DNA of 55,650 nucleotides from Prorocentrum cordatum (GCA_963575745.1 CAUYUJ010000145.1:62001-117650), one strand, 5' to 3'; positions 9,001-20,376 are shown, numbered from the stretch's first letter. The notes: generated from the letters alone by a model not told the origin. Made by a program: numbers and translations.

Positions 9001-11319
9001 TCGTCCTGGGCTGGAGAGCAAGCCCTGGCCGATTTGGCCCTTGAGAGGCTCGAGGTAGGAGACTTTTGGGGTGCGTATCGTCTGCTCGGCCCTCTCTATA
9101 AGGCTTGGGCTGACCACGCCGAGCGTGACCTTGTGCCTCTGGTCGGCCAGGCCCCCTTCAAGTACGGCACGAGAGGGCTCGGACCTCAGCTGGTCTGGCG
9201 CTCGGTCCTCGCCAGAGATACCCAGGTGCGCTACCCAGCTCACCGTGCGATCAAGTGGTTAGGCCAGCAGCTTCGGGCCTTCATTCACACGTGCAGGGAT
9301 TCTCACTTGTCCTCTTCTGCTGTGCATTTGCGCTCTGTCCTGGTGCACCCTCCTGTCGTCATTTTTGATGCTCGTGCTGACTATGCTCCGCTTTTCGAGC
9401 AGGTGTCGACCGCAGTTGGAGATTCGAGCGACGGCCAGGACCTTGGCGACGTGTATTCCCGTGTGTTTGAGGCCGTCCAGGCCGCCGATGTCAAGTATGC
9501 TGCCAAGAGTCGGAGTGATTGGTCTTCCTGGTTGCATGTGGGGGTGAACTCGGGGGCCAAACGTGTGCATCAGCTTCTCCGGGACCCTTCCCCATGGGCC
9601 CCCAGCAGCACGCTCTCAGCGGAAGGATGTGTCGTTGCTGACCCCCTCTCGCTTCTCAAAGCCGAGGGTTCGAGATTCGCCGACCTCTGGGGGGTGGGGG
9701 AGGGTGCGTTTCCCTCCGGCGAGATTTTGGAGCCGTTACCCCGTTTGACGGTGGATGAAATCCGTGATGTCTCCCGCAGCTATAGGGACTCCTCTGCTGT
9801 GTCTGTTGACGGCTTCCATTGTAAGCACTTCTCCTACTTATCTGATGCTGCTCTCACTTGCCTCAGCAGCATTTGGGCCATCATGGAGGCGACTGGATCT
9901 TTGCCTCCGCAGATCTCTGTCGTTATGCTCGCGTTGCTTCCGAAGCCTGTCGGAGGCTACCGGCAGATTGGGGTGTTCTGCTCCTGGTTCAGAGTCTGGG
10001 GCCGCTGTCGGCGCCCTGTGGCCTTGGACTGGGAGTTGGCACACCCCAGGCGGTACTGGGCAGCCGGCCAGCATCGTGGAGCAGCGGACGTCGTGTGGCG
10101 TCAGTCGCTCATGGCCGAGAGCGGTTTGGCCAAAGGGGAGTCATCTTGCAGCGTTTTCTTTGATCTTCGGAAATTCTATGAACACATTTCCTTAAGCAAG
10201 CTTGAAGAGAGATGTCGTCGTCACGGGTTCCCGCTGGTCATAGCTCGTTTGTGCCTCTTCGCTTATCGATGCGGAAGGTTCCTGTGTTTGGGAGGCTGGC
10301 TGGAGGGGCCCCACTTTGTCTTGAATGGTGTCATTGCTGGGTGTTCGATGGCCACGACGTTCATTCGAGTCTTTTGCTTGGATGGATACGATAGCCTTCC
10401 CACTCGTTCTCGACTCGACCTCGACGTGTACATAGACGACCAGGGGTTGTCGTGCACGGGGAGGGCTCGTGATGTTATCGATTCTATCGTCCAGGGATCT
10501 CGTGACTTGCAGCACGTGGTTGAACATGCGTTTGGGTGCTCCTTCGCCCTGGATAAGACGGCGGTTGTTGCCAGTTCGAAGACGATCGGCACTCAGGTGG
10601 CGGATGAATTACAGAAGCTTGGAGGAGCGTTCTGCAATTCTGCAGTGAATCTTGGTATAGATTATACGGCAGGGCGATCAGTCCGCGTGTCTGGCCGGTG
10701 TGCCAAGCTCAAGGAGAGGCTTGCCAAGGCGAGTCGTGCTGCTAGGCGGCTCAAGCGACAGACCAAGGTCCTGAAGCGCTCGGTGGTGCTCAAGGTGTTC
10801 TCTGCGGGGCCTCTTGCGGGAGCCTCCTATGGGTCGGAGATCACAGGTATCAGCGACCATGACCTTCACCAGCTGCGCCGCGCAGTGTTCTCCGTTGTTC
10901 GGCCCGTGAGCCAACTGAGGTCGCTCACCACGGCCGCTATCTTGGATGGCGACCCCACTTGGCGGACGGCCACGGCACCAATTCTCAGGTGGAGCAAAGA
11001 GGTTTGGTTGAATCAGACGAGCGCGTTTCGTTGGACCATTGGGCTCCCCCAGCTCCGCGAAGCCTGGTCGTCTGTTTTCTCCAGGGCCTCGTGTTCTTGG
11101 AGGTCCGTCAGCGGACCCATTTCGGCTTTGAGGATGTCCCTTGTTCGCCTCGGCTGGACTATGAAAAACTTCATGACGCTTCGCGACGACAGAGGTATGT
11201 CCATCCCCCTCGGCATTGTGTCGTCTGCCCTCATTAGGTCCCTCCTCAAAGATGGTTATCTTCGGATGCTCGAGCGGGAGTCCGGGGACAAAAGGGGTAT
11301 GCGTCCCCGCCTCTGCTAA
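6034..11319 (+). CDS. LINE-A polyprotein: RanBP2-type Zn finger, coiled coil, APE endonuclease, reverse transcriptase (first in-frame ATG 6043)
   Basis: WTCCWCGCKKNEGRFYFCKHC; APE motifs TINCNSW, LCQEH, SAYL, GADFN, TFDYF, SPHRPV; RT motifs LLPKP..GYRQI, FFDLRKFYE, GVIAGC, YIDD. Confidence 0.9.
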   Translation: MGAMALEVVQSSSLWSSGGLQGEAPRIGAVRVPRRRDHTQWPPLVPGLQRPPATHVDAGHGHAPDKRWTCCWCGCKKNEGRFYFCKHCGALKSDSAVPSSTWSYGGALALFEDGAAGGGGKAGGKGLPAGAGGIKGGKGLPNDGGKGPTLPGAGAPAADAPPLTSEEYLQLSGLCAKMGDTQGAEAYKTAAAALQKPAAAPEAVQVRLQKAHSKARGVEKRLEAACNKFDQLESQLELQRSAVIQLRAELVAAESEHGDLVRKLHAELPPATPAAGGNKLSMDDLLDEEKFAAAFDVDVGSAFQVGVDDELSAEDQTELQNRIEQFKTGISSMAKSLFSEAKSKVDGLKAEHSALAARMAAKKRRTGADGEGVAAGDTAGAAPPTAGDGQGAQAAAASARPEPQAPPAGGAAPGPPAAAEPPAPSASARSRADRIAGKGHSSEPPPLEAPNNPSVLARLPVVSGCRVPASLGLQVLGSREGSYGQALQGGSELAFQQLPGARSLAQLALWRRRGMPPLLAQCVGEPAQQRLSRPRWSALLARSLAVLNGDSSTSSIARASLQHASSFAFSCTSFARQQAPGNFAAPARAYPVLSVAKFAVHRVSCVKLPLEMPLISSQREASLAVSSGERPYDGAAPFALSPLAPPPPPPPSPPAAEAIATEGQANIFNVFLPCFTERGGADALGPLACRSSFLGPEASLFSPGLAAQGKVGELLSQSPGGASAGQGSHGEQSPENIDAVALKVQTINCNSWGRMKSMLEGANTHVVLCQEHRLLTQEAIDQASSWCIRRGWKSIWSPAVATDSGDTSSGVAIFVRSWLGCRPLPGGPICPGRAVGCFVELPGTPPLVMLSAYLHHSEGLSDNNREILARIGESVDCLHLPWLLGADFNFEPKELEDAQFISELRGSLVFPSVCTHYPAGPPTTFDYFVCSGGLGKAVAKVETLLDTELSPHRPVELSFHPRLAVLQALTFRKPPPLPSARVVGPAPRDSSWAGEQALADLALERLEVGDFWGAYRLLGPLYKAWADHAERDLVPLVGQAPFKYGTRGLGPQLVWRSVLARDTQVRYPAHRAIKWLGQQLRAFIHTCRDSHLSSSAVHLRSVLVHPPVVIFDARADYAPLFEQVSTAVGDSSDGQDLGDVYSRVFEAVQAADVKYAAKSRSDWSSWLHVGVNSGAKRVHQLLRDPSPWAPSSTLSAEGCVVADPLSLLKAEGSRFADLWGVGEGAFPSGEILEPLPRLTVDEIRDVSRSYRDSSAVSVDGFHCKHFSYLSDAALTCLSSIWAIMEATGSLPPQISVVMLALLPKPVGGYRQIGVFCSWFRVWGRCRRPVALDWELAHPRRYWAAGQHRGAADVVWRQSLMAESGLAKGESSCSVFFDLRKFYEHISLSKLEERCRRHGFPLVIARLCLFAYRCGRFLCLGGWLEGPHFVLNGVIAGCSMATTFIRVFCLDGYDSLPTRSRLDLDVYIDDQGLSCTGRARDVIDSIVQGSRDLQHVVEHAFGCSFALDKTAVVASSKTIGTQVADELQKLGGAFCNSAVNLGIDYTAGRSVRVSGRCAKLKERLAKASRAARRLKRQTKVLKRSVVLKVFSAGPLAGASYGSEITGISDHDLHQLRRAVFSVVRPVSQLRSLTTAAILDGDPTWRTATAPILRWSKEVWLNQTSAFRWTIGLPQLREAWSSVFSRASCSWRSVSGPISALRMSLVRLGWTMKNFMTLRDDRGMSIPLGIVSSALIRSLLKDGYLRMLERESGDKRGMRPRLC

Positions 11320-12205
11320 GATGTCGTCAAAGAAGCCCTGGCCAGTTCCAAATTTACCAGCCTCGACAAAGCGAGAATCCGAGCGTTCGCCACGGAAGCG
11401 TTTTTCACGGGATACCGTGCCGTTGCCCTCGGTTATCTTGTGTCCTCGGTCTGCCCCTTCTGCGGCTGTGAGGATACAATCTTCCACAGGCTGTGGGAGT
11501 GTCAGCACGGCCCGGTCGCCGAGGCGCGCGCCTCGCTAGTCGATCAGAATATGATTGACGCTGCTGTTGCCGCTAAGGCTTCGGACGAGCACGATGACTT
11601 GTTCGTCTTCACTTCTGGAGCCTTTCGGCATCCCGCCGACGTGTATCCCCGAGCTCTCACTGAGGCTGATGATGGTCCGTTTCTTGTCTGGCACGATGAC
11701 ACTCTCGAGCCTCCTGACGGAGGCGAGCGTGGCACCAGCATGTGGGGATCACTCTTTGTTGACGGATCGTGCTCTCGACACGTGGTGCGGGAGCTCTCGC
11801 GTGCTGCCAGTAGTGTGTGCATGGTAGGCCCCGATGGACAACTTCTAGCTGAGTTCAGGGCCCCCGTCTGGAGTCCTCTCCCCCAGACGCCTCAGGGGGC
11901 CGAGTTCAGTGCGTTCACGTGGGCCACGGTTCTTGCAAGGCAGCCTCCGGAGTCCACTGTGTATTCGGATTGCTCGAATGTGGTCAAGACTGCCAACAGG
12001 TCCAAGGCAGAACAGCTTTCTGCCAAGCTTATGTACTCGGGTGCGTTCATTCAGTGCTATGCCCAACAACCGTCCATTTGTCCATGTGTCAAGGTGGCGG
12101 CGCACCGTAGATGCGCTGCGCCTGGTTCGTGACGCATTAGCGGCTGAAGATGATGAGGCCCCGCTCGTGCCTCAGCCTGCTGACGATCTAGTCGAATCCG
12201 ATTAG
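11320..12205 (+). pseudogene. In-frame continuation of the LINE-A ORF after one TAA: zf-RVT and RNase H, with an apparent deletion/frameshift near 12110
   Basis: CPFCGCEDTIFHRLWEC; LFVDGS, QTPQGAEF, VYSDC, KVAAH. The final RNase H GN..AD motif is missing and an acidic tail lies in another frame ending at 12205. Confidence 0.85.
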
Positions 12206-12857
12206 TTCTCGATATTTTACGGCACCTGCACCTCCCTCCGTTGCAGGTGCTCTGTCAGGGCCGACCCCTGATTTGGAGGCGTGGGCGTGGAGCTCAAAAA
12301 AATCCTCCTCCTCCTCCTCCTCCCCCTCCCCTCCCCTTCCTCCTCCTCCTCCTCCTCCTCCTCCTCCTCCTCCTCCTCCTCCTCTTTCTTCTCCTCCCTC
12401 CTCCTCCTCCTCCTCCTCCTCCTCCTCCACCTCCTGCTCCTCCTCCTCCCCCCACCCCCTCACCCTCCTCCTACTCCTCATCCTTATCATCGTCTTCCTC
12501 CTCGTAAGCACCCCCAGACCCGCGATGCACATCACAAAAACCTCGATGCACATCAAAGTTGCTAGCGCTTATGAGTGGGAACGCCTTTTTGCGGACCCCC
12601 GCTGGCCGGGTCAATAATCTCTTGGGGGCTCCCTGAAGCCGTCCGGAGGCGTCTTGGAGGCCTTTTGGGCAGTCTTGGTGCCATCTACAGCCGTCCTGGA
12701 ACGCCCTGGGGCCGTGTCGGACCCCCCTTGGGCCGCCCTGACGGCGTCCTGGAGCCAATGTGGACGGTCACGGGAGCATCCTGGCGCCTGCTGCGGGGCT
12801 CCTCGACCAACGCCGCTCGGCTAGTTCGCCCCTCCCGGGCCAGGACCCCGTCCGATC

Positions 12858-12890
<33 letters not shown>

Positions 12891-13544
12891 TATATATAAT
12901 ATATATATATATAGGTGTGTGTTGTGTATGTGAGTGAGTGTGGTGTGTGTGTGCATTGAGTCTCTGACCGTCGCCGTACTAATCCAGGGGGCCCAAGAGG
13001 CTTGCAGGGTGCTTTTCGGAAGCAGGTTTGACCCCTCGAGGGCGCTGCTTGGAGGCCTTCTTTGGGCCTCTTGGGGAGCTGGGGCCTGCTGGGGGCCTTT
13101 GTGGGGGACGTTGGTGCCCCTCGGGGGCCGTTCTGGGGCCCCTCGTGCCGTCTAGAGCGCCTCTTGGGCCGTCTTTGGGCCCTCTTGGGCCGTCGTGGGG
13201 GCCTCTTGAGTGCCTCTTGGGCCGTCTTGGGGCGATCTGGGGGGGCGCCTTGGGCCGTCTTGATCCGTCGGGAAAGCGAGACGTTGCTGATGCTGAAAAA
13301 GGATGTTTTACCCAGGGAATTTGGCGATTTTGGCCTCTGGGGGCTCCCTTGGGACGCCTCTTGGGGTGTCTTGGGGCGAAAAGGCGGCCTCTGGGACTGT
13401 CTTGGGGCCATCGTGGGCGTCGTGTAGCTCTCTTGGCCCAGCTTGGGGCCCTCTGGAAACCATCAGGAGCCGTCTTGGGCCCTCAAGGCGCGCTCGCAAC
13501 CCAGCGGCCCCCAGCGGGACCAATGTCTGGTCAGATCAGTGTTC

Positions 13545-14139
13545 CATGTATATAGGTACGCATTGTATTAGTACAACTGTATATAGATATATGTATATAT
13601 GTATACACATACATACGTACGTACGTACGTACGTACATACATACATACATACATACACACACCCATGCATACATACACACATATACATACATATGCATAT
13701 GCATATGCATATGCATATGCATATGCATATGCATATACATATACATATACCTATACCTATACATATACATATACATATACATACATACATACATACATAC
13801 ATACATACATACATACATACATGCATACACACATACATGCATACATAACTGCATACATACAGACAGGCATATATACATACACACATAATTACTCACGTAC
13901 ATACATGCATACATACACATATACATACACACACATAAATACATACATGAATACATATATACATGCATGCATGCATGCATGCATACATACATACATTACA
14001 TCAATTACAAACATTACATGCATACATACATACATGCATGCATACATACATACAAACATCCATACGTACGTACATACATACATGCATACATCCATACATA
14101 CATACATGCATACACACATACATACATACACACATACAT

Positions 14140-14172
<33 letters not shown>

Positions 14173-14575
14173 GATATATGTACACAAACGTATGTAGGTA
14201 CGTACGTTCATACATACATACATGCATACATACACACATGCATGCATACATACATACATGCATGCATACACGCATACATACATACGTACACACATACACA
14301 TACATATACATACATGTTCATCGACTTAGATGCATACATACACACATACATGCATACATACATATATGCATACATACATACATACATACATACATTCATA
14401 CATACATTCATACATGCATACACACTTACACACATACACACACATATTTATATACATATCTATACATGCATACATGCATGCATACACGCATACATGCATA
14501 CACACATACATGCATGCACGCATGCATACATACATGAATACATACATGCATACACACATACATACATACACATGA
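13545..14575. repeat. Degenerate (CATA)n/(CATATG)n microsatellite
   Basis: Direct inspection. Confidence 0.95.
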
Positions 14576-14600
14576 TACCAGAGAAAACCCACTCACAATA

Positions 14601-14842
14601 GTGTTAGGGCTATAGGGCTATAGAGATATAGGGCTATAGGGCTATAAGGCTATTGGGTTATAGGGCTATAGGGCTATCTGACTATAGGGTTATAGGGCTA
14701 TAGGGATATAGGGCTATAGGGCTATGGCGCTATAGGGTTATAGGGCTATAGGGCTATACAGCTATGAGGCTATAGGGTTATATGGCTATAGGGCTATTGG
14801 GTTATAGGGCTATCAAGGCTGTAAGCTATAAGGCTATAGGGC
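14601..14842. repeat. (TATAGGGC)n octamer tandem repeat
   Basis: About 30 imperfect units. Confidence 0.95.
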
Positions 14843-14937
14843 GACAGAGCACCCGGGTCCCCCCCAGCACCTCCGGGCACCCCTGGGCACCTCCGGGCAC
14901 CCTTGGCCCAAGCACCCGGGCACCCCGGGCCACCCTG

Positions 14938-15196
14938 CCCTGACTCCAAATCCGCTCTACTTTGGCTTTTTTCCCAACTTAAAATTGCGTCGGAAATCCA
15001 CCTGTAAGAAGCCGAAAAAGTAGGGCGGTAATTTCTGCACCCAACATAAAGTAGGGCGGAAATCCACAGAAGTAGGGCGGAAACAGCAACAGAAAAGTAT
15101 GGCGGAAACTATCTTCAGCGGGGCTTGAAAAGTAAGGCGGAAATTCCAGGCCCTACTTACGAATTTCCCCAAAGTAGAGCGGATCCGGAGTCAGGG
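14938..15196. mobile_element. MITE-like element with 26-bp TIRs and internal aagtagggcggaaa repeats
   Basis: ccctgactccaaatccgctctacttt / aaagtagagcggatccggagtcaggg (24/26). Confidence 0.7.
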
Positions 15197-15626
15197 TGGG
15201 GCACCCGGGCACCCGGGCCCGCCGCCGAAATCGGCGGCACACCTCACCTAACCATATGAATCCGCTGGGACCCCTACAGAGGCAAGCTCTGATTGGGGAA
15301 CGTACATACATACACAGACATACATACATACAAACAAATAAACAAACAAACAAACAAACAAGGCTGCATCGGCGCTTTCCTTGAGGCTCTATTTATGTTT
15401 GTCTTTCGCGCAATCCCTAGTGGCCTGGGAAATTTGGCCCCTTGCCTGCGGTGGTTTTCGGAAGTCTTCGAAACAATCGGGCGGTCCGTGGCCCTTCCCA
15501 GGCCTCCGGGGGCTCCCGCCAAGGCGCCAGGTGGGGTGGAGGGCGAATGATAGGGAGGGAGGGGCTCTCGGGGAGCGAGGAGAGGGAACACAGGTTTGGG
15601 GGAGGACGAGTGGCGGAGCGGCGGAA

Positions 15627-15657
<31 letters not shown>

Positions 15658-16636
15658 GGAGGAGGAGGAGGAGGAGGAGGAGGAGGACCCAGAGAGGGGC
15701 AGGAGGACGGAAAGAGATGGCGCCGTCGCGGGACGGCGAGGAATCTCGTTTGCGCCGTACTGAGGACTGGCAAGCCACGCGAATCAATGCCAAGCAGACC
15801 GACGCAGTGTCAAGCAATGCCGCAAAATACAAAGCAATGCCAAGCCGAGGATGTCATGTTGCAGCGGGTCGCAACGGCGCGTGGGCCGGCTTGGACCGAT
15901 CTTGGGCCAAGTTGGGGTGCTTGGGCCCTCTAGGGATCTTACGGGGGCTCCGTGGGCCCTCCTGGTGGTCTCCCATGGCCCTTTTGGGAGGCCTCCCATC
16001 ATGGCCTTATTGGGCTTCTCTTGGGAGCCTTGTGACGGCCTGTTGAGCCTCTTTTTGGCCAATTTGGGGCTTCCTTGGGCAGTCTTGGGACCATCCAGGG
16101 TCTCTAGAGGCTCTGCTGGGGGTCTTTTGGGCCGTCTTGGGGGGATACTGGAAGCCTTTTTGGCTGTTTTGGACGCTGCTAAGACCCGAACAGCGAATAT
16201 GCTGAAAATGCACGTTCCCCTCAGGGAATGAAGCGATTTTTGCGTTCTGGGAGTCCTGTTCAAGGCTTCCTGGGCCGTCTTGGGGGCTTCTGGAGGCCAT
16301 CTGGGTCCTTCTTGGAGCGCTCCTGTGCTGTCTTGGGTCTCTCTTCGGCCTCTCTGATCACCGCTCTGATCGCTTGGGGTCTGCTGGCAAAACCCGGCTA
16401 AACGCCCTGGGAAGTCTGGGACGAACCGGAGGACCTTTGGCAAGGGTGTCCCCGGGGACCGGAAACCTCGGTTCCTGGGGGTCCGGTTGTGGAGGGGGGG
16501 TGAGGAGGTTCCCCCCCCCGCGGCTGAGCAAAAATAAGGAAGAGGAACAGACACATACACACAGACTTACACTCACACTCACACTCACACTCACACTCAC
16601 ACTCACACTCACACGCACGCACACATCGGCATTTCG

Positions 16637-17597
16637 AAAATTGTTGACGCTTCGCGAATCCCCACCAGCTATGGCCCTCTTGTCATCACCCAACACGACG
16701 GACTTGCCCATCGTGGTCCGCGTCCCCTCTGTGCGGGTTGTGCCATGGCAAGTTTGAATTCCGTGACATTTTGTCTTGTGCACGTGCCCGAGCTTGCAGA
16801 GCGCCGTTCAGTCCAGCTTCACTTCCTTCAGCCCGCAGCTGCTGTCTGAGTGGGCCGGCCGGCCTGCGCCTGTCTTAGCTAATTCGCCTAGTTCGCGTCC
16901 CGGATTTTGCTCTCGCCACCTGGCCGTCGTCTCGTGGCCGCTACCAAAAAATAATAATCCCCACCAGCCCATCCAGAAACGATGCCCAGAGGAATTGCCT
17001 CGATCTGGGAAGTGGGCAGCACACAGAGGAAGCCATTATGAGACATCTTGAGATCTTGAGCCATCTTGGAGGTCATCTTGGGCTCTTCCAGGCGCTCTTG
17101 GAGTCACCTTAGTCAGTGCCCCCCCCAGGAGGCCAACATGTGGCTAAAACCCTCGTAGAATCAATGATTTGGCATTCTCGCCGATGCCTCTTGGAGCATA
17201 TTGGGTGCCTCTGGGGGATCTCTTAGGGCCTCTTTTGCGGTCTCTTGGGAGCCTCTTGGGGGCATCCTGGGCGCCTTTGGGGGCTTCCTGGCCACCTCTT
17301 GGGGCCCTCTTGGGGCACCCTTGGGAGCCTTGGGGCCCATCTTTGAGTCAGATCGATCACAGGAGGGGGGGGTGTTCAATTAGCGTCCCCCCCCCCAGGA
17401 GGCCAAAATGGGGCCAAAACACAAATGATTGTGGCTTCCTCGCCGAGGCCGTTGGACGCTCCGGCGACTCGCGGAACCCCCTGTCCAGGTCCAGGGGAGG
17501 GGGTAGGGGAGGGGCAAACCCCTCCCCGAAGGGGAAAAAGGAGGGGTGGAAGAGGAGACTCTCTAAACCACCTACGCCCAGAGTGCTGGTGGGATTT
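16637..17597 (-). mobile_element. Helentron/HINE-like non-autonomous element, copy A
   Basis: 5' end aatcccaccagc (reverse complement at 17585-17596), internal subTIR at 16956-16972, terminal subTIR + CGCGAAGCG hairpin + AATTT (reverse complement at 16637-16669); body homologous to copies B and C. Confidence 0.6.
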
Positions 17598-17722
17598 GAG
17601 CCGCTTCGTGCTTCGTCTTAGGCGGGATCGCCAGTGCGAATTCGAACCGGAAGCGTGTCGCCTTCTATTTTCGAGGAAGTCCTGGGCGGGAGCGCTGTTT
17701 CGAAATGCAACCAGAAGGTGTC

Positions 17723-18117
17723 GAATCCCACCAGCCCTCTGGGCGTCGGTGGTTTAGAGCGTTTCCTCTTCCACCCCTCCTTTTTCCCCTTCGGGGAGGG
17801 GTTTCTCTTCCCTATGAATGCACACACCCTCCCCCAGGCGACTGGGAGCCAACCCAAGTCCATGCGGGCCCCCACCATCCCTTGCAAAAAGCAATACAAA
17901 ACACACTTTGCCCCCACCATTCTTTGTAAACAACAATACAAAACACACTGTGTCTCCAAATTCGGAGCACGCGCAGCGAACCCGATGCGGCCTCCCCCCA
18001 CCATCCCTGTCAAAAAACAAAACAGAGTACACTTGGCGGCGGCGGCGGCTGCGGCACGGGTAGCGGTTGCGGCGGTTGCGGCGGTGGCGGCGGCGGGGGC
18101 GGAGGCGGCGGCGGGGG

Positions 18118-18148
<31 letters not shown>

Positions 18149-19569
18149 GGCAGCGGTGGCGGCAGCGGCTGCGGCGGCAACGGCTGCTGCGGCGGCGGCG
18201 ATTTGGCAACTGGGGCGGCGGCGGCGGCGGCGGCGGGCGGCGGCGGCGGCGGCGGCGGATTGGCCCCCAGTAGCTGGCCATCCAAAGACGACTGTTGCAT
18301 ATGCTGCGGCTTGGGCCAGGCTCGAGTGCTACGCATGTGTCGGGAGGGCAGGTGGGAGTGAGCGAGACGGCTTGCGGGCGCGGAGGGAAAGTCTTGACCC
18401 CTCCCCAGACCCCCTCCCCTGGACGTGGACGGGGGGGGGGTCGCGAGTCGTCGGAGCGTCCAAAACGGCCTCGGCGAGGAAAGCAAAATCATAAATCTTA
18501 ATACGGTTGTGTCCCCATTTTGGCCCCTTGTGGGGGGACGCTGATTGAACACCCCCCTCCTGTGATCGCTCTCACCCAAGATGATCCAAAGGTGGCCCTC
18601 AAGGCTCCCAAGGGTGCCCCAAGAGGGCCCCAAGAGGTGGCCAGGAAGCCCCACGAGGCACCCAGGAGGCCCCCAGGATGCCCCCAAGAGGCTCTCAAGA
18701 GACCTCCGAGAGACCTCCAAAAGCCCCCCAGACGCACCCAAGACGCTCCAAGAGGCCTCGGCGACAATGCCCAAATCGCTGATGTTACTTAGGTTTTGGT
18801 CACATGTTGGCCTCCTGGGGGGGCACTGCTTCAGATGACTCCAAGAGCGCCTGGGGGAGCCCAAGATGATCTCCAAGATGGATCAAGGCTTCCCAAGATA
18901 CCTCAAGATGGCGCCCACGATGCTCCCAGAGGCCCCAAGACCGCTCCAAGATGGCTCCAAGTGGCCAAAGAGCTCCCCCAGGAGGCCCCGAAGAGGCCAA
19001 ATCCTTCCACAACTTTTTGGGAAAACCGTGTTTTTGGCTTTCTCGCCGAGGCTTCAAGATATCTCCAAAATGGCCCAAGAGGGCTGCAAGAGCGCTCCCA
19101 AGGGCGCTTCAAAAGGGCCCCAAGAGGCGTCCAGGAGGCCCCAACAGGCGCCCAAGAGGCCTCCAAGAGGCTCCCAAGAGACCCCCAAGAGGCCCCAAGA
19201 AACTCTCCGAGGCACCCGAGGCGCTCTAAGAGGCGCCCGGGACCGCCAAGAGGCCCCCAAGACGCTCCAAGAAGCCCCCACTGGGGGACCATTCCTCTGT
19301 GCCCTGCCCGCTTCCCTGATCGAGACAATTCCTCTGGGCATCGTTTCTGGATGGGCTGGTGGGGTTTTTTTTGGGTCGCGGGCGCAACCGAGAGTGCAGG
19401 CGCCGTCCAAGTAAGTCCGGGTTGCGGTACCTACTAATTTACACCGAAAGCAAGCGGCGGGCGCGGGCTACCGGCCGAGGGCCGAACTTACTACCTACCA
19501 CGGCTGCTCGGGCTGCGGCTGCACTGGACCAGGCACAGCTGGTGGGGATTCGCGAAGCGTCAACAATTT
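17723..19569 (+). mobile_element. Helentron/HINE-like non-autonomous element, copy B (internal (GCG)n and ccaagaggc repeats)
   Basis: gaatcccaccagccc ... atgggctggtgggg (19351) ... gctggtggggattcgcgaagcgtcaacaattt (19538-19569). Confidence 0.6.
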
Positions 19570-19960
19570 CAGTTGCCATAACGTCATGGGCGGGAGCGCC
19601 ATGTCGAAATCGATCCCGAAAGGCTCCGAATTAGTCTCGGGGGAAGTCCTGGACAGGAGCGGCATTTCGAAACCGAGCCAAAAAACAGTTTCGAATTATA
19701 GCTTGGACAAATATTGCGCAGGAGCGCCATTTCGAAATCGATCCCGAAAATTTCGAAATCGTTCGAATGTTCTGTTTTCGGAGGTATCAAGCAAAACCGT
19801 CGTTTCGAAATGGTCGCACCCTCTGGCTTTCAAAATCTGAACTTCTGCCTCGCGAAATTGTGGTTTTCGCTTCTCGACTGGATTTCGAGACCATCGTACT
19901 CGATTTCGAAAAAGGACGGTTCCGCCCAAGACTCGAGCAAAACAGTGCTTGAACAAACAA
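19570..19960. repeat. TTCGAAA-motif-rich repeat; related piece at 17600-17720
   Basis: Many tttcgaaa/tcgaaat motifs; gggcgggagcgc..tcgaaat is shared with 17683-17706. Confidence 0.55.
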
Positions 19961-20244
19961 TTGCACTGGGGCCCCGCGGCCTAACGTGTCCCTTTGACGT
20001 CTCCCCTCTTGTCGCGGGCTCAACGCCACTGATAACGCTGTACCGGGCCCCCCCTTCGCCTAACTGGAGACGCTGCATTTTGGCAGACTTCTCGCACCGA
20101 CGACGTAACTACACACAATTGGAAGAACGAAGAAAAAAGGAAGAGGCTCTTGGAACGTAGTATCCTCTCTATTCACAGAGATGTATATATGTAAGTTTGT
20201 AATTGCACACGCATGTCAGACATATGTGCGCACGTCTCTTTAAG

Positions 20245-20376
20245 TGTAGCTAGATTGATGATGCTGCGCTCATCTCTTGAGCCAAGAGGACCTGTCAGTG
20301 ATGCTCCAATCATGCCATGCCAAGCTGACTCTTGCACAGGGGGGGTCTCCGACCCCAGCAAATACAATGCGCAACG
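20245..20376 (-). repeat. Copia 3' LTR (132 bp)
   Basis: Direct repeat of 25943-26073 with 6 transitions and a 1-nt indel; followed on + by cgccccctt (PPT AAGGGGGCG on the minus strand). Confidence 0.95.

Larger units (their letters stand above)
5808..12302 (+). mobile_element. LINE-A: non-LTR retrotransposon (APE-RT-zf-RNase H) inside a (TCC)n microsatellite
   Basis: Domain motifs listed for the CDS; A7 tail at 12296-12302; (TCC)n directly on both flanks (5768-5807 and from 12303). Confidence 0.9.

Noticed and set aside
13531..14601. His/Thr/Tyr or Met/Cys/Val-rich ORFs (also the poly-V/L/Y ORFs at 33600-35658 and poly-E/P/G ORFs elsewhere)
   Set aside because: Translations of microsatellites
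14601..14842. Interstitial telomere
   Set aside because: The unit is TATAGGGC, not TTTAGGG
16662..19545. Clustered GCTGGTGG (E. coli Chi) sites
   Set aside because: All lie within the subTIR of the HINE-like family, and there is no RecBCD context in a eukaryote
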